64,000 nucleotides of DNA from the NCBI GenBank assembly GCA_051746405.1, contig JBNJFB010000001.1, positions 64,001 through 128,000 on the forward strand. The letters are read 5' to 3'. This DNA is from Campylobacterota bacterium. GTDB taxonomy: Bacteria; Campylobacterota; Campylobacteria; Campylobacterales; Arcobacteraceae. Below are positions 50,905-60,978 of this stretch, in pieces; position 1 is the stretch's first letter, and each line of letters opens with the position of its first letter. The translations under genes were made by a program, and so were the position numbers. The notes beneath the pieces are model-generated. The model was not told where the DNA came from, did not search any database, and saw only the letters and a list, made by a program, of their open reading frames with translations.

Positions 50905-52419
50905 TTAAGGCCTTACTTGTGAGTTTAAAACATTTGAAATATAAGCAGTTGAATCAAATAGATTTGTTGCTATCTCATTTGTAAACGCTGTAATTGGATT
51001 TGCAAAGATTACTAAAATAGGTGCAAATGCAAAAAGATAAAAAATAGATGCAACTGTAGATTTAGATAGTTTATACTCTTGTAGTGGTTTAACATCTGGT
51101 GTTGTATCATAGAAAATTGCTGAACCACTTTTTGCAAGTGAAACAATAAGTAATAAACTACTTATTAAAACTATTGATAAAATAACAGCAGTTTGTTTAT
51201 GCTCTAAAGCAGCAGATAAAATCATAACCTTACCAAAAAAGCCAGATAGAGGAGGGAGTCCTGCTATAGCAACTGCAAATATAAAAAACATACTACCAAT
51301 TATTACAGGGTTATTAAAAATTGGCATTTGTTTATTTATCATACCAGTTGTTCTTGATTTTACAATAACATCTGCAACTAAGAAGAAACCACCTGCTATA
51401 AATGTGGAGTGAATCATATAGTAAATCGCACCACTTAGTGCAGCTTGTGTATTAATTCCTATAGCTATTAGAAGAATACTAACAGATGTTAATACTAAGT
51501 ACGCTACTTGATTTTTTATATCTTTTGAACTTAAAACACCAAAAGTACCTAGTATAAGTGTAATAAGTCCTAGACTTAAAACCCAATCTACATGGTAATA
51601 TGCAAGTTCATTAGCATTTTGTCCAAATATTGTTCCATGAACTCTTATGATTGCATATAAACCAACTTTTGTCATTATTGCAAATAGTGCTGCAACGGGT
51701 GCACTCGTTTTTCCATAAGCATTCGGTAGCCATAGATAAAGTGGGAACATAGCAGCTTTTAATCCAAATACTAATAGAAGTAATAATCCAGCTGCTGCAA
51801 CAACACTTACATTTTGTGGGTCTAATTGGGCTACTTTATTTGCCATATCCGCAATATTTAAAGTACCTAATATTCCATATAGTGCACCAACTGCAAATAA
51901 AAACAGAGTAGAACCAACAAGGTTTATAATTACATAGTGAAGCCCAGCTTTCGTTCTTCCTTCACCTTGAGCGTGTAGTAATAAACTATAACTAGCTAAT
52001 AGTAAAATCTCAAAGAAAACAAATAGGTTAAAAATATCTCCTGTTAAAAACGCACCATTTAAACCAAAAAGTTGAAGTTGAAATAGTGGATGAAAGTGGG
52101 CACCTTTTTTGTCTATATTTTCACTTATTGCATACCATAAAGCACCAAATGCAAGAAATGATGTAATAAGTACCATTAAAATAGATAGTTGGTCTAATAC
52201 TAAAACAATACCAAATGGTGCTTGCCAATTTCCTAATGTATATACAAAAATACCTTCATCTGAAGTTTTCATAAATGCAATAATGGAAATAAATATCAAA
52301 GCAACTACTGATAGTATTGATATGGTTTGCTGAGGTCTAAATCCAAACCTTTTTATAATAAGAAGTAAAAAGCCTGCTATTAAGGGAAGTATTACAGGTA
52401 AAATTGGTAAATTTGTCAT
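50905..52419 (-). CDS. mrpD: Mrp/Pha antiporter subunit D
   Basis: GDIFNLFVFFE, WLP, MTKVG, GLPPLSGF. Confidence 0.94.
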   Translation of the reverse strand: MTNLPILPVILPLIAGFLLLIIKRFGFRPQQTISILSVVALIFISIIAFMKTSDEGIFVYTLGNWQAPFGIVLVLDQLSILMVLITSFLAFGALWYAISENIDKKGAHFHPLFQLQLFGLNGAFLTGDIFNLFVFFEILLLASYSLLLHAQGEGRTKAGLHYVIINLVGSTLFLFAVGALYGILGTLNIADMANKVAQLDPQNVSVVAAAGLLLLLVFGLKAAMFPLYLWLPNAYGKTSAPVAALFAIMTKVGLYAIIRVHGTIFGQNANELAYYHVDWVLSLGLITLILGTFGVLSSKDIKNQVAYLVLTSVSILLIAIGINTQAALSGAIYYMIHSTFIAGGFFLVADVIVKSRTTGMINKQMPIFNNPVIIGSMFFIFAVAIAGLPPLSGFFGKVMILSAALEHKQTAVILSIVLISSLLLIVSLAKSGSAIFYDTTPDVKPLQEYKLSKSTVASIFYLFAFAPILVIFANPITAFTNEIATNLFDSTAYISNVLNSQVRP

Positions 52420-52767
52420 CTATTTCTTACCTCCATTTTCATCTGTAACTTTTCCATCCACATGGTCACTATTAAGCTCCCCAAATGCTTTAAGTGATAA
52501 AATAATCACAAAAGCAGTCATCCCAAAACTAATTACAATAGCTGTTAAAACTAAAGCTTGTGGTAATGGGTCTGAATAGGAGGTAACTCCATCTTGAATA
52601 ACTGCTGCCATGTTTATATTTAATCTTCCCATGGCAAACAAAAATAGATTTACAGCGTAGGCTAGAAGAGTTAATCCTAAAACAACAGGATAAGTCCTAG
52701 CTCTTAGGGTTAAAAAAACTCCAACACCTGTTAAAACTGCAATAATTAAAGATAATAATATTTCCAT
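52420..52767 (-). CDS. mrpC: Mrp/Pha antiporter subunit C
   Basis: DPLPQALVLTAIVI. Confidence 0.95.
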   Translation of the reverse strand: MEILLSLIIAVLTGVGVFLTLRARTYPVVLGLTLLAYAVNLFLFAMGRLNINMAAVIQDGVTSYSDPLPQALVLTAIVISFGMTAFVIILSLKAFGELNSDHVDGKVTDENGGKK

Positions 52768-55592
52768 TACTCTTTACCTTTTTCATTTATATTATCTTCA
52801 CTTTGTAAATGTGAATCTTTGCTTAATTTACCTAGTTGAACAAGAATTAGTACTGTTGAACCTACAACAACTAAGAATACACCCAAGTCAAATGCAATAG
52901 CACTAGCTACTTCAAACTCACCAACTAATGGCCAGTTTACATGTGTAAATGCAGATGTTAAGAATGGATATCCAATAAACATTGATACTAATCCTGTTGC
53001 AGTAGCTATTAGTAAACCATAAGAGATTAAAGTCTCTTTTTCAAATCTAAGTCTTGCTTTTGTCCACTCAATACCATTTGCAAGATACTGTACTATTAAT
53101 GCAACAGCTGCAATTAAACCAGCGATAAACCCACCACCAGGTAGGTTATGTCCTCTTAGAAAAATATAAACAGAAACCATTAGCATTAATGGAAGAATAA
53201 GTCTAGTAACAGTTTGCATCATAGGTGGATGTGTATCCTCTGACCACTTAAATCCTCTCTCATTATATTTTGGTGCATTTAGCTTAAGCCCTTGAAGCAT
53301 TGCAAATATTCCAAGACCTGCTATTGCTAAAACAGTGATTTCACCTAAAGTATCAAAACCTCTAAAGTCAACTAAAATCACGTTTACTACGTTGGTACCA
53401 CCACCGCCACTAACTGCATTTTCTAGGAAATACTTACCAATAGTTGTGTACTCTCTACTTAAAACTGCTAAAGCAAGAATAAATACACCAATACCTGATA
53501 AAATAGAGATTATCAAGTCTCTATTTATTCTAAGGTTTGTAGATTCCCTTGGCGTTTCTTGTGGTAAATAGTAAAGTGCAAGTAGTATAAGTACAATTGT
53601 TACTACTTCAACACTTAGTTGAGTTAAAGCTAAATCAGGTGCAGAAAATTTTACAAAAATTAGTGAAACTATTAGACCTACAACTCCTATTGTGATTAAA
53701 GCAAGTATTCTTTTGTGATGGAATATAGCAGTTACAAATGTAGCAATGATTAAAAGTGCAGTTGCAATTATACTTACCCAATCAATACTTAAAAACTCTC
53801 TTTTACCAAAAAGGTCTGAGTTTCCATAAGTAAATCCAGCTAATCCTATAAAAAGTGAAGCTGTTATAAACCAAGCTATCATATTTTGTAAAGAACTCTT
53901 ATCAAAAGCAGATGTAACACTATTTGCAATTTTATATATTGTCTCCATAATATGGTTAAAAGGTATTCTTGCATCTATTGATGCTAAGTTTTTCTCATAC
54001 CATTTAAATGTTTTTTCTCTTTTTGTGTAGAGTGTAATACCACCTATAAATGCAATTATACTCATAATCAATGGAGCATTAAATCCATGCCATATTGCTA
54101 AAGAATATTCAGGCAAAGGAGTTTGTAGTGATCCCATAACTGCTGTTGCTAAAAGTGGAGCAACTGTAAACATAGGTAAAGTACCCACAGCAAAACAGAT
54201 AATTACTAATAAATCAACAGGTATTTTCATAAATCTTGGTGGTTCATGGGGTGTTTTATCTAGTTTTTTAGCTTTTCCATTGAAAAATACATCATGAATA
54301 AATCTTAAAGAGTATGCAACAGAGAATACTCCTGCAATAGTAGCTAATATAGGAATAACAAAAGTAAATAATTCAGCATCTTGTAAGGCTCTTTCAAAAA
54401 ACATCTCTTTTGATAAGAAGCCATTTAATAAAGGAACACCTGCCATAGCAGATGCTGCAATCATCGCAAGGGTTGCAGTATGGGGCATAAATGACCATAA
54501 TCCTCCTAATCTTCTCATATCTCTAGTACCTGTTTCATGGTCAATAATACCTGCAACCATAAAAAGTGATGCTTTAAATGTAGCGTGATTTATAATATGA
54601 AAAATTGCTGCAACTGCTGCAAGAGGTGTTGAAAATCCAAATAAAAGAGTAATTAAACCTAAGTGACTTATAGTTGAATAAGCTAAAAGACCTTTTAGGT
54701 CATGCTTAAACATTGCAACAAAAGAACCAAGTAGAAGTGTTGCCATACCTGCAAAACTTACAAGAACTGTCCACTCTAAAGTACCACTTAATGATGGATA
54801 TAATCTAGCTAATAAAAATATACCAGCTTTTACCATAGTAGCTGAGTGTAAGTATGCTGAAACAGGCGTTGGTGCAGCCATCGCATGGGGTAACCAAAAG
54901 TGAAATGGAAACTGTGCAGATTTTGTAAATACACCAAGTAAAATAAGTATTATAATAGGTGTGTAAAGTGTATGATTTTTTATAAGTTCACCACTAGCTA
55001 AAATATCTGTAAGATTATAGCTACCTACAATATTTCCAAGTAGTAATACCCCAGCTAGCATAGCTAAACCACCTGCACCTGTAATAGTTAGAGCCATTTT
55101 AGCCCCATCTCTACCCTCGGCTTTATGTTGCCAATAACTAATCAATAAAAAAGAACTAAGGGATGTTAACTCCCAAAATACAACTAATTGTATTATATTT
55201 TCTGATAGTACAATTCCTAGCATTGAACCCATAAAAAGCATTAAATATGAGTAAAATCTTCCCATACAATCTTTTTCATCTATATAATATCTAGCATAAA
55301 TTATTACAAGAAGTCCAATAGCTAAGATTAAGCACGCAAATAAAAGTCCAAGTCCGTCTAATCTAAAAGCAAACTCTAAACCTATTGATTCTATCCATGT
55401 CCATGATTGAATAGTTGTAACACCCTCAAAAGGGAGCTTTATATATATCATTAGTACTGAAAATGCTATTATCGTTACTATTCCAGAACCCCATGCAGAT
55501 GCAAGTCTGTTATATGTTGCTAAATAAGCTATTAAAGGTGCTGCAATAAATGGCAAAAGCACTATAATTGGTAAACCAACTGTTTCAAGCAT
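52767..55592 (-). CDS. mrpA: Mrp/Pha antiporter fused subunit A/B
   Basis: KSAQFPFHFWLP, SAYLHSATMVKAG, DFRGFDTLGE, GHNLPGGGF (MrpB part). Confidence 0.95.
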   Translation of the reverse strand: MLETVGLPIIVLLPFIAAPLIAYLATYNRLASAWGSGIVTIIAFSVLMIYIKLPFEGVTTIQSWTWIESIGLEFAFRLDGLGLLFACLILAIGLLVIIYARYYIDEKDCMGRFYSYLMLFMGSMLGIVLSENIIQLVVFWELTSLSSFLLISYWQHKAEGRDGAKMALTITGAGGLAMLAGVLLLGNIVGSYNLTDILASGELIKNHTLYTPIIILILLGVFTKSAQFPFHFWLPHAMAAPTPVSAYLHSATMVKAGIFLLARLYPSLSGTLEWTVLVSFAGMATLLLGSFVAMFKHDLKGLLAYSTISHLGLITLLFGFSTPLAAVAAIFHIINHATFKASLFMVAGIIDHETGTRDMRRLGGLWSFMPHTATLAMIAASAMAGVPLLNGFLSKEMFFERALQDAELFTFVIPILATIAGVFSVAYSLRFIHDVFFNGKAKKLDKTPHEPPRFMKIPVDLLVIICFAVGTLPMFTVAPLLATAVMGSLQTPLPEYSLAIWHGFNAPLIMSIIAFIGGITLYTKREKTFKWYEKNLASIDARIPFNHIMETIYKIANSVTSAFDKSSLQNMIAWFITASLFIGLAGFTYGNSDLFGKREFLSIDWVSIIATALLIIATFVTAIFHHKRILALITIGVVGLIVSLIFVKFSAPDLALTQLSVEVVTIVLILLALYYLPQETPRESTNLRINRDLIISILSGIGVFILALAVLSREYTTIGKYFLENAVSGGGGTNVVNVILVDFRGFDTLGEITVLAIAGLGIFAMLQGLKLNAPKYNERGFKWSEDTHPPMMQTVTRLILPLMLMVSVYIFLRGHNLPGGGFIAGLIAAVALIVQYLANGIEWTKARLRFEKETLISYGLLIATATGLVSMFIGYPFLTSAFTHVNWPLVGEFEVASAIAFDLGVFLVVVGSTVLILVQLGKLSKDSHLQSEDNINEKGKE

Positions 55593-55667
55593 ATATTTTC
55601 CCTACCTAATTTTTTAATTAATTTAAGATTTTATCTTATTTTCAATTAAAATAAAATTCCAATTGCT

Positions 55668-56039
55668 TTATTTAATTCTTAAGCAAGTTGGACACAAACC
55701 TTTTATTATTATATTATCTACCTGATGATTTTTCAAATCAAACTCCAAATTTTCATGAATACACTCAATTTTAGAGCAGTTATTACAAATAAAATGAGAA
55801 TGCCTATTTTTTACTATTTCAAAATACCTTTTCTTGTCATTTGATTCAAAGGAGTTTATAATACTCTCTTCTTCAAATCTGGTGATATTTCTATAGAAAG
55901 TTGCCTTATCCATTGAAATTTGTCCCTTAATATCTTCATAGCACAAGGGCTTATTTGATTTGATTAAAATCTCTAAGATAGCTTTTCTTGCTGTTGTTAG
56001 TTTTATATTTTTTTCTTGTGTTAAATTTTCTATATTCAT
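55668..56039 (-). CDS. Fur family regulator, probably Zur
   Basis: ATFYR, HSHFICNNC, C-terminal CPTC; divergent from the ZnuA-like gene. Confidence 0.85.
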   Translation of the reverse strand: MNIENLTQEKNIKLTTARKAILEILIKSNKPLCYEDIKGQISMDKATFYRNITRFEEESIINSFESNDKKRYFEIVKNRHSHFICNNCSKIECIHENLEFDLKNHQVDNIIIKGLCPTCLRIK

Positions 56040-56091
56040 AAAATGATTATACCCATTTTTAATTAAACTATTTTTATTTATTTTAAAGTTT

Positions 56092-56152
56092 TACAACTAA
56101 GTTGCATTAAAGATAATTTTTACTAAAATTCAAATTATGCAACTTGATTGCA
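56092..56152. promoter_or_regulatory. Two palindromic operators (TGCAAC-N3-GTTGCA type), probable Zur boxes
   Basis: TACAACTAAGTTGCA (56092-56106) and TGCAACTTGATTGCA (56138-56152) between the divergent genes. Confidence 0.6.
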
Positions 56153-56183
56153 AAAGTAATGATTATAAACAAGGGATTTATAG

Positions 56184-57074
56184 ATGAGAAAAGTATTATT
56201 AGGATTGGTAGTATTATCAAGTTATATCTTTGCAAAAAGCGTAACTGTAAGTATTTTACCACAGGAATATTTTGTAAAACAAATAGCAAAAGAAAAAGTA
56301 GAAGTAAATTTGATGGTAAAGCCAGGTGAATCTCCTGCAACATACGAACCAAAAACATCTCAAATGAGAATATTAGCAAAGTCAGATGCTTATTTTTCAA
56401 TAGGGGTACCTTTTGAAAGTGTTTGGTTAAATAAGTTTAAAAATGCAAATAGAAATATGCTTATAGTAGATACTGCAAAGGGTATTAAAAAACTAAAGAT
56501 GAAAAAACATGAACATCATGAAGAAAATGTGAAAAAACATGATGAAAAAGCACATAAAGAGCATCATGATGAGCATGAAGAACACAAAGGCTTAGATCCA
56601 CACGTATGGCTAGACCCAATGTTAGTGAAAGTTCAAGCAAAAAATATATATGAGGGATTAGTTGAAATAGACTCTTCAAATAAAGAGTTCTATCTAAACA
56701 ATTATAAAGATTTTGTTGCTAAAATAGAAAAGTTAAATGAGAAGTTAGAAGAAATTTTACATCCTTTTGAACATAAAGCATTTATGGTATTTCACCCATC
56801 TTGGGGATATTTTGCAAAAAGATATCACTTAGAGCAAATTGCTATAGAAGTTCAAGGAAAAGAGCCAAAACCAGCACAGTTAATTAAGTTAGTAGAAGAG
56901 GCAAAACTTCATAACATTAAAATTGTGTTTGTGTCACCTCAGTTTTCAAAAAACAAAGCAGAAGTTATCTCTAAAAGTATAAATGGAAATACAGCTGTTA
57001 TAAATCCATTGTCTAAAAACTGGGATGAGAATCTATTAAAAGTAGCAAGAGAGATTGCAAAAAGTTATAAATGA
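56184..57074 (+). CDS. znuA: Zn/Mn ABC-type substrate-binding protein (ZnuA/AdcA family)
   Basis: PATYEP, His-rich loop, DPHVWL, FHPSWGYF. Confidence 0.88.
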   Translation: MRKVLLGLVVLSSYIFAKSVTVSILPQEYFVKQIAKEKVEVNLMVKPGESPATYEPKTSQMRILAKSDAYFSIGVPFESVWLNKFKNANRNMLIVDTAKGIKKLKMKKHEHHEENVKKHDEKAHKEHHDEHEEHKGLDPHVWLDPMLVKVQAKNIYEGLVEIDSSNKEFYLNNYKDFVAKIEKLNEKLEEILHPFEHKAFMVFHPSWGYFAKRYHLEQIAIEVQGKEPKPAQLIKLVEEAKLHNIKIVFVSPQFSKNKAEVISKSINGNTAVINPLSKNWDENLLKVAREIAKSYK

Positions 57075-58549
57075 TAAAATTCTTTATATTACTACTATTA
57101 GTAAAAAGCACCCTTTTTGGGTGCAGTCTATGTTCTATATACTCACCTAAAACTCATGTATCTTCTAAGATAGAAGCAAATAAAACTCACATAAAAAGTG
57201 CAAAAATAAACTGGACATTTGCAAAAGAGTTCACAAAAGAGCTTTTGACAGTTTATGATACAAATCTAAATGGAACCTTTGATAAAAAAGAGTTAGAAGT
57301 AATTGAGGATGCACTTTTAGCTTATATAGTTCCAAAAAATTACTTAACTTTTATTAGTTATGGAAAGCAAATAAGTGAATTATCAAATAAGATTATTATT
57401 AAACACAGTAAGTTTAGCTTTGAAAATGGAGTTTTAAAACTTGATTATACACTTGATTTAAACTATAAGATAAAAGATGGTCACAGATTATATTTGGAGA
57501 TTTATGATAGTGCTGGATATTTTTTGATAGTATTTAACGAAAAAAGTCAGTTGTTTAGCATACCATATCAAATAAATAAAGAAGTAGCATATAATGGGGT
57601 TACATATGTAATAAAAGCACCAAGTTTAAATAAAACAGGTGAAAAAGTTGACTATTTAACTCCTTCTATGAAAGAAGAAAAACAAAGTGAAGATAAAAAC
57701 TTAATAGAAAAATCCCTTGAAGAACAGAAAAAAGAGAAAGAGCCAACTTTACTTGAAGATTTTGTAAAAAAAATTAAACAAAATCTAATAAAAATAGAAG
57801 AGGGTAATGATAAGTTTGCATTGATTTTCTTACTTTTTGCATCATTTATTTATGGAGTTGTTCATGCAATGGGGCCAGGACATGGTAAGGCATTAGCCTT
57901 CTCATACTTTAGTGCCCAAAAAAGCTCATATATTCAAGCATTTTTCATTTCCCTTGCTACTGCTTTTATTCATATAGTTGGAGCATTGATTTTAGTAGTT
58001 GTGTCTATTTTTATTTTACAAAGTGTGTTAAATAGTTTTTTAGATGATTCCATTACTTATATAACACAAGTTAGTGCAGTACTTATAATGCTTTTATCTA
58101 TTTTTATACTATATAGAAAACTAAAAAAGAAATCGTGTGCTTGTAGTGCTTGTAACTCAAATATAACACAACCACTATTTTCTACTAAAGCTAAAGAGGA
58201 TTTTAATTTTGTAAAAAATTCAAAAAATAGTAAAATACACTTTGATAAAAGAAGTAGAAAAAAACAAGATTTAATTTTTGTATTAATAGCAGGTATTATT
58301 CCTTGTCCAGGTACTGTAGTGCTTTTTGTATATGCTTTTATTTTAAAAACATATTTTTCTGTTATTTTAGCAAGTATTGCTATTAGTTTAGGGATGGGAC
58401 TTGTGATTTTTGCATCTTCATTTTTAGGGGTTTCATTAAATAAAGTATCTTCAAAGTCAACAAGACTTGTAAACATTGTAGAAATATTAGCCCCAATATT
58501 TATGTTTATTCTTGGGTTACTACTTCTACTAAATGCAGATTTACTATAA
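57071..58549 (+). CDS. DUF1007-like periplasmic domain fused to a NicO/RcnA-type metal permease
   Basis: Signal peptide then CSLC; YDTNLNGTFDKKEL; C-terminal HAMGPGHGK, FIH, IPCPG. Confidence 0.8.
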   Translation: MIKFFILLLLVKSTLFGCSLCSIYSPKTHVSSKIEANKTHIKSAKINWTFAKEFTKELLTVYDTNLNGTFDKKELEVIEDALLAYIVPKNYLTFISYGKQISELSNKIIIKHSKFSFENGVLKLDYTLDLNYKIKDGHRLYLEIYDSAGYFLIVFNEKSQLFSIPYQINKEVAYNGVTYVIKAPSLNKTGEKVDYLTPSMKEEKQSEDKNLIEKSLEEQKKEKEPTLLEDFVKKIKQNLIKIEEGNDKFALIFLLFASFIYGVVHAMGPGHGKALAFSYFSAQKSSYIQAFFISLATAFIHIVGALILVVVSIFILQSVLNSFLDDSITYITQVSAVLIMLLSIFILYRKLKKKSCACSACNSNITQPLFSTKAKEDFNFVKNSKNSKIHFDKRSRKKQDLIFVLIAGIIPCPGTVVLFVYAFILKTYFSVILASIAISLGMGLVIFASSFLGVSLNKVSSKSTRLVNIVEILAPIFMFILGLLLLLNADLL

Positions 58550-58557
58550 GGTTTATA

Positions 58558-59007
58558 ATGATAGATTTTATTTCAGTCTTAAGACAAAACCTTCCTAAGT
58601 TTTCAAAAGTATTGGAAATAGGAAGCAAAAAAGGTGAAGATTTACAGCTACTTCACGAGTATTTTGAAGTAGTTGCAAGTGAAGATGATAAGAGTAAAAC
58701 TAGATATTTAAAAGATGAATACATAGATATTAGAGTTATTTTGCTTGATTATTTTACGCTTGATACTCACAAAAAATTTGATGTAGTATTCTCAAAAAAT
58801 ATTTATGATGAAGTCTCCTTAAGTGATTTAAATATAGTTTTAAAAAATCAATCTAAGATATTAAATACAAAAGGCTATATTTTTCATATTTTTGATTCAA
58901 AAAAAGTAGATGAAAATGAAGTTTTAACTTTAGTAAATGAAAACTTTGAAATAGTAGAATCAAATAGTGATAAAGGTGAGTTTTATTTCATAGCAAAGCT
59001 TGTTTGA
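58558..59007 (+). CDS. Short class I SAM-methyltransferase-like protein, degenerate motif I
   Basis: KVLEIGSKKGED, FDVVFS, LNTKGYIF. Confidence 0.6.
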   Translation: MIDFISVLRQNLPKFSKVLEIGSKKGEDLQLLHEYFEVVASEDDKSKTRYLKDEYIDIRVILLDYFTLDTHKKFDVVFSKNIYDEVSLSDLNIVLKNQSKILNTKGYIFHIFDSKKVDENEVLTLVNENFEIVESNSDKGEFYFIAKLV

Positions 59008-59072
59008 TTAGAAGAAAAGTACTGAGAAATTAAATCCTTTTGAATAATATCTTGAAGTCAGGCGGTTTGAGA

Positions 59073-59096
59073 ACTAAAGGGGGGGTAACCTTTAGT
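59073..59096. terminator. Hairpin between convergent genes
   Basis: ACTAAAGG..CCTTTAGT. Confidence 0.55.
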
Positions 59097-59097
59097 T

Positions 59098-59295
59098 TTA
59101 GTCTTTATCACAATTTGTGCCACAAGTATTGATTTTAAGTGCACTATAAATAGGACATGTTCTAACAATACCTGTTATAAGTGGTATTAAACCAATTGCT
59201 CCAATCCAACTATTCATCATTAACCCTGAGATAATTAGGGCTAGACCTACTACAATTCTAATTATTCTATCTATATTTCCAATATTTTTATTCAT
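59098..59295 (-). CDS. DUF2892/YgaP-like small membrane protein
   Basis: NIGNIDRIIR, TGIVRTCPIY; AAGGA SD before ATG 59295. Confidence 0.9.
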   Translation of the reverse strand: MNKNIGNIDRIIRIVVGLALIISGLMMNSWIGAIGLIPLITGIVRTCPIYSALKINTCGTNCDKD

Positions 59296-59302
59296 GACTT
59301 TT

Positions 59303-59429
59303 CCTTTTAAAATTCTTAAAATCACAATTTTGAAATTGCTAGTTTATTTGCTATTTCTTCATGGGTTAATTTAATGGTATCGTTATTTTCTTTTTTTAGC
59401 AAGTCTATTATTCTTGAATTTAATATTTT
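59303..59429 (-). pseudogene. Relic of a Crp/Fnr-family HTH domain
   Basis: ILNSRIIDLLKKENNDTIKLTHEEIANKLAISK then, after a frameshift, VILRILK. Confidence 0.6.
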
Positions 59430-59474
59430 GTAATTTCAATATATTTTGAGTTATCAAGGATATATCTCTTTTAT

Positions 59475-60968
59475 TTATTTTATTTTATCAAACTCTTTTA
59501 TAATTTCTTCAATTGGTTCAATCCCAACAGAAATTCTAAGTAAATTTATAGGAAGTCCAATCTCTTTTAAAAACTCAATTCCCTGCTTTGATTGGATTAA
59601 ATCCCAATGTGCTAAATATGTATAAGGCATAAGAAGTGTAAACTCAGTACCCAAACTAGGTCCTTTGGCAAAGTTTAGTTTGTCATATATTTCTTTAAAC
59701 TCTCTATTGAAAGTAACAGAGATAATACCTGTAAGGCTATTGTCATCTCTCATTGTTTGAGAGTAGTTATCTTTATTTTCTTCATTTAAACAGTAAAAAA
59801 CCTTATCTATGTAAGAGCATTTTTCAAAGTAAGAAGCTAAGGCTTTTGTGTTAGCACTTATTTTTTTTACTCTGCTTTTATAATCTTTTATTTCATACGC
59901 TAATCTTTGTTTATCTTTTATGTAAACTGGGTCACAATGTTTGAAAAACTCTGTTGTCATATGTGATAGAGTATTTCTTTTATTTAAAATAATCGCACCC
60001 ATTAAAACATCAGCATTTCCACAAGCAAACTTAGTAAGTGACTCTACAAAAATATCTGCATAATCTTCTAAGTTTAGGTTATAAGGGGTTGCAAAAGTTG
60101 TATCTATAACTAAAGGAATATTATACTTATCGCATAGCTTTCTTAATCTTTTAATATTAACTGTTTTTAAAAGTGGGTTTGTGGGTATTTCTGTGATTAT
60201 AGCACTAACTTTTAATCCATCTGTTTTTAAATACTCTTCAAGTAAATCAAGATTTAAAATATCAGCAAACACTTTTGATTCTTGATAGTGATGATTTACT
60301 ATATTCATAGTATCTAAATAAAGCCAACCAAACTGAACTAAAACAGTTCGTCCATTGTGAGCTTGAATAGAGTTGATACCTCTTACAACTGAATAAATAG
60401 CATTCATTCCAGATGGTGCTAAACAGATTTTATCTTTTGGTTGTTTATATGCATTTGCTAGGGTATCTATGATAATATCATGGGCTTTTGACTCTTCTTC
60501 AAGTTCTTCTTTTTGAATAGTATTAATAAGTCCTAAATCAAAAAGATATTTTTCAGCAAGTCTTGAAGAGAGGTTACATCCCACGTGTTGAATATAGCTT
60601 AAAACCCTTTGTAGTTGGCAAGTATTTTTTTGAACTAAGATAACTCCAAAGGCTTCATTTACATCAAGTTTGTTATTGATATAGTATTTATCACTTACTA
60701 ATTTTACAGCTTTTGGTGAGCTTAACACTACTACTTCATACTCATCACTTACTCTATATTTATCTTTGATATAAAGTCCAAGCTGTTTTAAATAAGGATG
60801 AAGTACAAACCTTGGATAACCACTTTTAATAATTTCACATATTTCAGGTGTTTGCATCTCATAATCAATCACATCCTGTAAATAGGGCATCGATACAGAT
60901 ACCCCATGTACATTTTTTACAGGAAGTGTTTCCCCTGTGGGAATGTGATTGAAATACTTTTTGCTCAT
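59475..60968 (-). CDS. Cys/Met metabolism PLP enzyme, long cystathionine gamma-synthase-like form
   Basis: GYPRF, SGMNA, EIPTNP, DTTFATP, ESLTK, RISVG. Confidence 0.85.
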   Translation of the reverse strand: MSKKYFNHIPTGETLPVKNVHGVSVSMPYLQDVIDYEMQTPEICEIIKSGYPRFVLHPYLKQLGLYIKDKYRVSDEYEVVVLSSPKAVKLVSDKYYINNKLDVNEAFGVILVQKNTCQLQRVLSYIQHVGCNLSSRLAEKYLFDLGLINTIQKEELEEESKAHDIIIDTLANAYKQPKDKICLAPSGMNAIYSVVRGINSIQAHNGRTVLVQFGWLYLDTMNIVNHHYQESKVFADILNLDLLEEYLKTDGLKVSAIITEIPTNPLLKTVNIKRLRKLCDKYNIPLVIDTTFATPYNLNLEDYADIFVESLTKFACGNADVLMGAIILNKRNTLSHMTTEFFKHCDPVYIKDKQRLAYEIKDYKSRVKKISANTKALASYFEKCSYIDKVFYCLNEENKDNYSQTMRDDNSLTGIISVTFNREFKEIYDKLNFAKGPSLGTEFTLLMPYTYLAHWDLIQSKQGIEFLKEIGLPINLLRISVGIEPIEEIIKEFDKIK

Positions 60969-60978
60969 TATTATCTTT

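Noticed and set aside
59079..59085. G7 tract as a phase-variation site
   Set aside because: Intergenic, within a hairpin between convergent genes, and short.
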